Both the position numbers and the translations under genes were made by a program. Below the pieces are notes generated by a model. It searched no databases. It had not been told where the DNA came from and saw nothing but the letters and a program-made list of their open reading frames with translations. 64,000 nt of DNA from Eledone cirrhosa. Taxonomy: Eukaryota. Shown here piece by piece: positions 57,669 to 64,000 of this stretch. The stretch lies in contig OZ024741.1 of assembly GCA_964016885.1 (NCBI GenBank), positions 388,988,001 to 389,052,000 of the forward strand, read 5' to 3'. Numbering within the stretch: the stretch's first letter is position 1; every line of letters begins with the position of its first letter.

Positions 57669-60600
57669 TATGGTTTATTTATGTGGGTTTCTTTTGTGTT
57701 GTATTTGTTGTATTATGTTTGTTTTTATATTTGAACATGTGTTATGGTTTTATAATGTAGCATAACATTTCTTTTGTCAATTAAGAAGCAACAAGTGTCT
57801 TTAGCCTATATCAATCTTGACTCAAACATTGTTAACCTTTTTAATACCAACCTGCCCAAAACTGCCCCTTTCTGTGAAACAGAACCACCCATTTCAAAGG
57901 GTATTTATTTATCTTAAAATTTTCCAACATGATATAATGTAACAACTTTTTGTTATGTTACAAATACCATCTTAATAGTGAAATAGTTCGCTATATGCGG
58001 ACATTTAAATTGATTAAATAAATAAAATTCTTTGAAACTCATAGAAAAGGCCTTTTAACATTTTTTATTTTTTTTATTTAAGGTCCATTCAAAGTTAAAA
58101 TAATTATTAATAAAACTTATTCAACATTAAACCTATTAGGAAATGATCCAAAGGAACCTCTACAGGATTTCTGGGCCTGCTAAAAATAGCAGACAATTCT
58201 CCATAAAATCTTTCCCTGTGATGTTAAAAAAGAGGAGGTTACATTTGATAATACATTCCTAGATACTTTTTAAAAGAATGGATGTTTACTGATGAAATGT
58301 CTTTGATTTTCGGTCTGGATTGATCTGTTTTTAAACAACTACCACCAATGGATTGTAATAAATGAAAGTGACTGCTTCTGTTTACAATGTGAGGAATTAT
58401 TTTGTTGTTGTTTAGTCTGAAGCCAGCTCTGAATGAGCTGATGTATAATTAAAGACATTCCAGCCATGACTGGCTGTTTTACCGGAATACATTATCCAAT
58501 GTATCTTCCTCTTTTATAAGGCAGTCATGTGTGATTTAGAGATGATTTATCTGCTGATTCTAGCAAGTTGACTGACCATATAGAGGCTCCTTTGTTGGCT
58601 TATTTGAGGTGTAAATCAGAAATATCTGGGATAGTTGTAAAAGAAACTGAATATTATTCAATAGGTGTTAAATGTAAGTTTGGAAAATGTATATCTAAAG
58701 TCAAAGGTTCTGATATGGGCATGTTATATAAATTAATGATGTGTTGAGTAAAAAATAAAGTGTACATATGATAATCTGAGGAAGTTATAGAAAAAATATT
58801 TAGATCAGATGTTAGAGGGATTGACAAGGTAAGGTAAAATATAAACACAAATTTAAAGTTAAACCTATGATAATTCAACAAAAGAAAACAATTCTTTGTT
58901 TTTTAAGACTCTCCCCTCTCTCTTTCTCCACTGACTTTTGATTTATGACAGGAAATTAAACATGTAATGTAAACATACAATTTACTTCTGTTTCCTAGTA
59001 TTTGGTTCTGTTCTTTTGTGATAAATAGAATTTTATGTTGTAACAGATGAACTAAACTTCAAAGAAATATTTCAGATATTTTAATTTATTTTGGGATTTA
59101 TTACTCAAAGGTACCCCCACACAAACATACCAAAGTATCTTGGAATGGTAAACAAAAATTATATTTCCTTGTATTTGTTAGATGTTTGATACAAATTTTC
59201 AATTTTGTTATTCTAAGTGATGTGTAGTTGTATGCAACAAACTTTTATGAATTATTTCAAAACTAATGTGAACAACTGCAACATATTTTTCAATTCAATA
59301 TTTACAAAACGTTTTCTAGTAATCAAGAAAGTTCTTGGTGATTCAATTCCAACAGCAAAGAGTGAATGTCATATAAATATTGAAAATTCAGGATACAAAG
59401 AATTAGAAGTGAGAAGAAATAATCATGAAATTCGTAAATGTGCATACATAAGGAAAAGGTTCATCATCATGATCATCATTTAACATCTGTTTTCCCTGCT
59501 AGCAAGGGTTGGATGTGTTGTCACAGACCAAATCAATGCTTACTTGAAGCTACCAGCTTCTCAGACAGGCTGTATCTTACTTACATACATTCCTGCACCC
59601 TACAGAGTGCACTGGGAGCATTTTCATCTTGGCACCAGCACTAGGCTGATTGTCATATCTTTGACTCTGTTTGGCATGTTTTCTATGGTGGGAAGTCCTC
59701 CCTAACACTATTTACTTTATAGAGTGTGCTGGGTGCATATTATCATGGCAGCAGCACTTGAGAGTTTGTCATGCTGTGTCTGAAGGACCCTCTCAACCCT
59801 TTTGGCATGATTTATATGGCTAGAAACTCTTCTAGTTAAAATAATACATCATCTAAACTTTACTCTAGCTTCATTCATTTCACATTTTCATAATTCATCA
59901 AGCACTTTAGGTTTCTTGGAAGCCTTATTCTTATTAAATGTTAATAACAATATTCCTTAATTTATCTTGCTGAATGAAAAGTAAAAAAAGAAAAAAATAT
60001 ACAATAAAAACAGAGTCATTATATTTTTCCATTGTACATAATTAGTGATTTGTTTTTACTGATTAATAAAGCTTTACAGCTTCTGTTTCTAGACAATGGC
60101 ACCTACAACATATATCCATTACCAAGACTATTTGATAGATTTCATGTTCATTCTTTTCTTGTGGCTTTTAAAATTATAAGATATTCCTTTATTTTTGTTG
60201 CCATCAATAAGTCTGGTATATTTATCCATAAAACTAAAAGAATTTAAGAAAAGAAATAAAACATAGTTATTTAGTGAAATTATGTAAGAATGATTCTAAG
60301 AAAATAATAGTGATTATGTGTATTGATCTGTCAAATGACATGTTATAAATTTCAAGCCTTTTCATTATAATGATATTTTTATTTTTTTATTTTTAAGATT
60401 AAGAAAATAAATTTGGTAATTTTAGAAATTGCCATAAACTATTATATTAAATGTATATACATTTTAAATCTTGCTTCGAATCAAGTTGATAAACAAATTA
60501 TTCATGGGAGGAAGGGAAAGACAGCAAGAGACTATAATACTATCACTGTTGGATGTACTTAAAACATAGCATTTCACATTATTTGCCTGAATGAACTTAG

Positions 60601-61327
60601 CTGAAAATAGCTATTATACCCTCTTCGTAATTTTCAAAAATTGAAATGAAATAGAGCATCCATTTGTAATATTCTTAATCCAGTGGTTAAACTAAATGTC
60701 TAAAATGGACAGAAGAGTTTTATGAAACACAACTGTTTGCTCATAATAAATTATTGAAGATGTCTCTGCAGTTATTCTGTTAACATAGAGATGATTATTT
60801 TAGTTTATATATTTGCTGAATATTGATGTTTTTATTATTTGAATAAAATGAATACTAAATTGTTATTTAGTAAGTTAGAAGGCAATTGTTTATTGCTATC
60901 CCAATGCATCTGTGTTCTCATTTTAGCAGTTTTGAAGAAGAAAGCAAATTTGACTTCATTTAACTTATTTTGCCTCCAGTTGGCCATCCCTATTTAATTT
61001 TTTTTTATTTTATTTTTAACTTTATTTTTATATTCACTTATCTATGTATATCTTGTTTTTTGTTCCTCAACTGTAAGTACTAGGTACCTCCCATAAGTCT
61101 GTCATGGCTTACTAGCTATATACAGATGTTTAGATTGGTTAAATAGATAACTATATATCCTAGATATTGTAAAGCTTTTCAAATGATTTCTTGTTGTAAG
61201 CACCAGTTCCACCATAGGAACAACTAAATATTAACCCTTTGAATGTCAACTCACTTCTATTATCTTGTGTCTTGATAAATAACAAGATAAATCTAGAAAT
61301 GTGTTTGACAGGTTTAATCTAAACAGC

Positions 61328-61572
61328 TTTACACTTTTGATACCAAACCACCTGAAACTGCTCCTCATACAAATCTGTTTATTTTAAAGTGTTTATATTT
61401 ATCTAAAAACCTTCCATCTTAATTTTATGTGAGAATCTTTGTTTAGCTATGTCTCAAACATCAATTTAATAATAAAAATGTTTTCTTTATACCCAATGTT
61501 TTATTATTTTCAAAATTATTTGAAAATCATAGGCAATGGTTTTCATTAGAAATATTGTAACAAAAGGGTTAA
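61328..61572. mobile_element. Possible MITE (TTAA-CCCTTTTG-like terminal inverted repeats)
   Basis: Degenerate left end TTTACACTTTTGATACC and right end GTAACAAAAGGGTTAA; related fragments at ~57832-58060 and ~54760-54790. Confidence 0.45.
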
Positions 61573-61744
61573 AATACTGGCTCTTTTAGTCTGATCAACT
61601 AGTTGACACCTATTATTTATACTGTCTTCATATTCTGGCATTAGAAAAAGAAGTATTTTCTTCTCCAAATGTCCTTCCTCATTCTATAAGGCCAAACTAC
61701 AGTTAACCCTTTAGCTTTTACATTACTCTATATATACTTGATGA

Positions 61745-63150
61745 TAGTGAGTTTGGTTTTTACACTTAACACCCTTCTTCTGATAACCAAATGCTAAAGT
61801 TGGGGTATTACTGCACCAGCTCGTGTAATTCTTGCACTTAATTCAGCCTCCTGCCTTCCATCACACGTGAACACAGCACCGAGATACTTGAGCTTGTCCT
61901 CCTGCTTCAGTGGAACTCCATTCACATGTAGGGTGAACTGTGCAGGCTTCCTTGAGAGGACAAGTGTCTCAGTTTTTTCAGCACTGATTTTCATCCCAGT
62001 CATGCAGCACTCGGCATCAAACTTATCGAGTACAGCCGACTGATTTTACACCCACCAGTTGTGATGTCACTTACAGCCCAGCTGTGCATGTCAATCCTGT
62101 TCATGAAAATAAACAGTACACACCCTTGGCAGAGTCTGATACCCACATTTAATAGTTTCGATGTAGCACCATTTATCTGAACATAAGTACTCGGGCATTC
62201 ATGTAGAAACATCAGGGCAGCAAGAAGCTGACCATTGATCCCATACTTCTGCAGAACCTTCCACAGCAGGTTGCGAAGTACACGATCATATGCCTTTTTG
62301 AGACCTACAAAACAAGAATATACCTCTTGGCAATACTCCCATGATTTTTTGAAGACCTGCCACAGTGTGAATATCTGGTCGGCAGTGCTGTGTCCAGGGC
62401 AAAAACCACACTGTTCATCAGCTAGCTTGGACTCTACAATCTCCCTGCATCTGTTTGCCAGACACTTAGCATAGACTTTACTAGGGAGGCTTAACAAAGG
62501 GATCCCTCTGTAATTGGAACAATCTCTCTTGTCTCCCTTATGGAAAATTGGGATTATCACTCCTGATTGTCATTGCTTAGGTGCCTTTCCATCCAGAGAT
62601 CCAGGCCACCCGACACACACAAGTCAGCCAGAGAATACCTTCTCTATTTAAGGTTTTTAATATCTCAGGCCAAATTTCCTCTTCTCCAATGGCCTTGTCA
62701 CATTTGAGCTCTTTAATTGCTCTTGTGACCTGAGCCTCTGAGAAATTAGTCACCTCTCCCAGATGCACCTTGTGTACATCTGAAGATGTTGTGATTAGGT
62801 TTAGGAGATCAGAAAAATATTCTCTCCACCTCACGAGGATACACTTCTCTGAATAGAAGAGAACCCCAGACGTATTCCTGATAGCAGGTGTGGAGGAGGG
62901 CTTCTTATTACAAAGTCGGCGGATGGTCTGCCAGAACACTTTATTTGCTGATCTGAAGTTGGATTCCAGCTTAACCCCAAAAGATCCCCATGTCTTAACT
63001 TTGGACACCTTCACTTTCTCTGCTGCGATTCTTCATGCAAGAAGGAGGACTTGTTTCCAAGTCAAGCTTTGTAGGCTTCTTTCTTTGCTCAAATGGCATC
63101 TTTGACCTCTTGATTGAACCAAGGGGTCTTCATGCTATCCAGCACCACAC
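61745..63150 (-). mobile_element. Old RTE LINE, second family, RT region
   Basis: IIPIFHKGDK.DCSNYRGI.LLS, EQCGF..STADQIFTL, KLKYLG; homologous to 52490-53440. Confidence 0.87.
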
Positions 63151-63229
63151 CAAGCCAAACTACATCTCATCTAATTTCACCCTTTCTTGCGCTAATATTC
63201 TCTCTGCCACTTTCATAACCTGATCCATC

Positions 63230-63548
63230 AGTTATATACCTCTATAATTGCTCCTCTCCAGAGCATCCCCTTTACCTTTGTAGCAATTTATGAGTATACT
63301 GCTGCACCAGTCTTTGGGTATGACACCACCATATATAACTTGATTGATGATGTGTGCAACCAGTTTAATGCCTACTTTACCTGATGCCTTCAGCATCTCA
63401 GCAACTATCCCCGACGGTCCAGCAGCCTTACCATTCTTCATTTCTTTAATTACCTCTTGTACCCTATATTCGTCAATCTCAATAGCTGGTCCCTCTGTTG
63501 GGTCTACTGGGGGTAATTTCTCACTCTCCCATTCATTCTCCACATAAG
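63230..63548 (-). mobile_element. RTE RT internal fragment
   Basis: [35 protein letters not shown]. Confidence 0.85.
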
Positions 63549-63593
63549 TTAGACATGGCCTGGGCCAATACTGGCCGAAACCTATCAAAGTTA

Positions 63594-64000
63594 TCATCAT
63601 CATCATCATCATCATCATCATCGTTTAACGTCCATCTTCCACGCTTGCATGGGTTTGGACGGGAATTTTCCCACTTGAGGCAAGATTGGTTGTCTTGCTC
63701 GTATAGGACTGTTTGGCGGCTTTTCTACGGCTGGATGCCCTTCCTAACACCAACCACATTTACAGTGTGGACTGGGAGGTTTTTACCATGTTACCTACAC
63801 GGCCACATTACAGCTTGGACTGTGTTTTTTTGTTGTGACACCTACACGACCTCATTTATTTTGGACTGGATATTGTGGTACCAACATAACTTTACATCAA
63901 AAGGGGTGGGGGGTGGGGTGTATTTTGTTAGAGGTGCCTACTGACTGTAGGTTTCGCTTTGTACTTAGGCAAGGCGGGTCTTCTGTATTACTGTGTAGTG
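63594..64000 (-). mobile_element. RTE 3' end (long-UTR subfamily), continues beyond the window
   Basis: (CAT)n and UTR matching 19162-19580. Confidence 0.88.

Noticed and set aside
59182-59483. Host exon after a polypyrimidine-AG
   Set aside because: All three frames stop soon after the acceptor, and the 88-aa ORF has no recognisable motif; small host exons in 49-61 kb cannot be excluded

Overview
Eukaryotic, very AT-rich repeat DNA with no recognisable host gene. The repeat families suggest a coleoid cephalopod (Octopus-like) genome, but this is inference. From 1 to ~49 kb, huge (TA)n/(TATG)n microsatellites host many retroelement insertions: Penelope-like elements (PLEs; RT + GIY-YIG) of at least three types, many 5'-truncated RTE-clade LINEs ending in (GAT)n, and tRNA-derived SINEs. 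From ~49 to 64 kb the DNA is older and AT-rich, with decayed RTEs, SINEs and MITE-like remnants. Main result: four families of type-I hammerhead ribozyme (HHR) motifs read by eye, 12 full motif copies in all. Four copies lie in a non-coding tandem array of ~470-bp units (16842-18781), one HHR per unit, with a fold-back terminus like those of the neighbouring PLEs. This is a candidate retrozyme (circular-RNA replicon) mobilised by PLEs. Other HHRs have a ~110-nt stem II insertion or a U3-A8 core variant. Almost all long ORFs in the supplied track (YIYI...) are microsatellite artefacts. All alignments and folds were done by eye and need computational confirmation.
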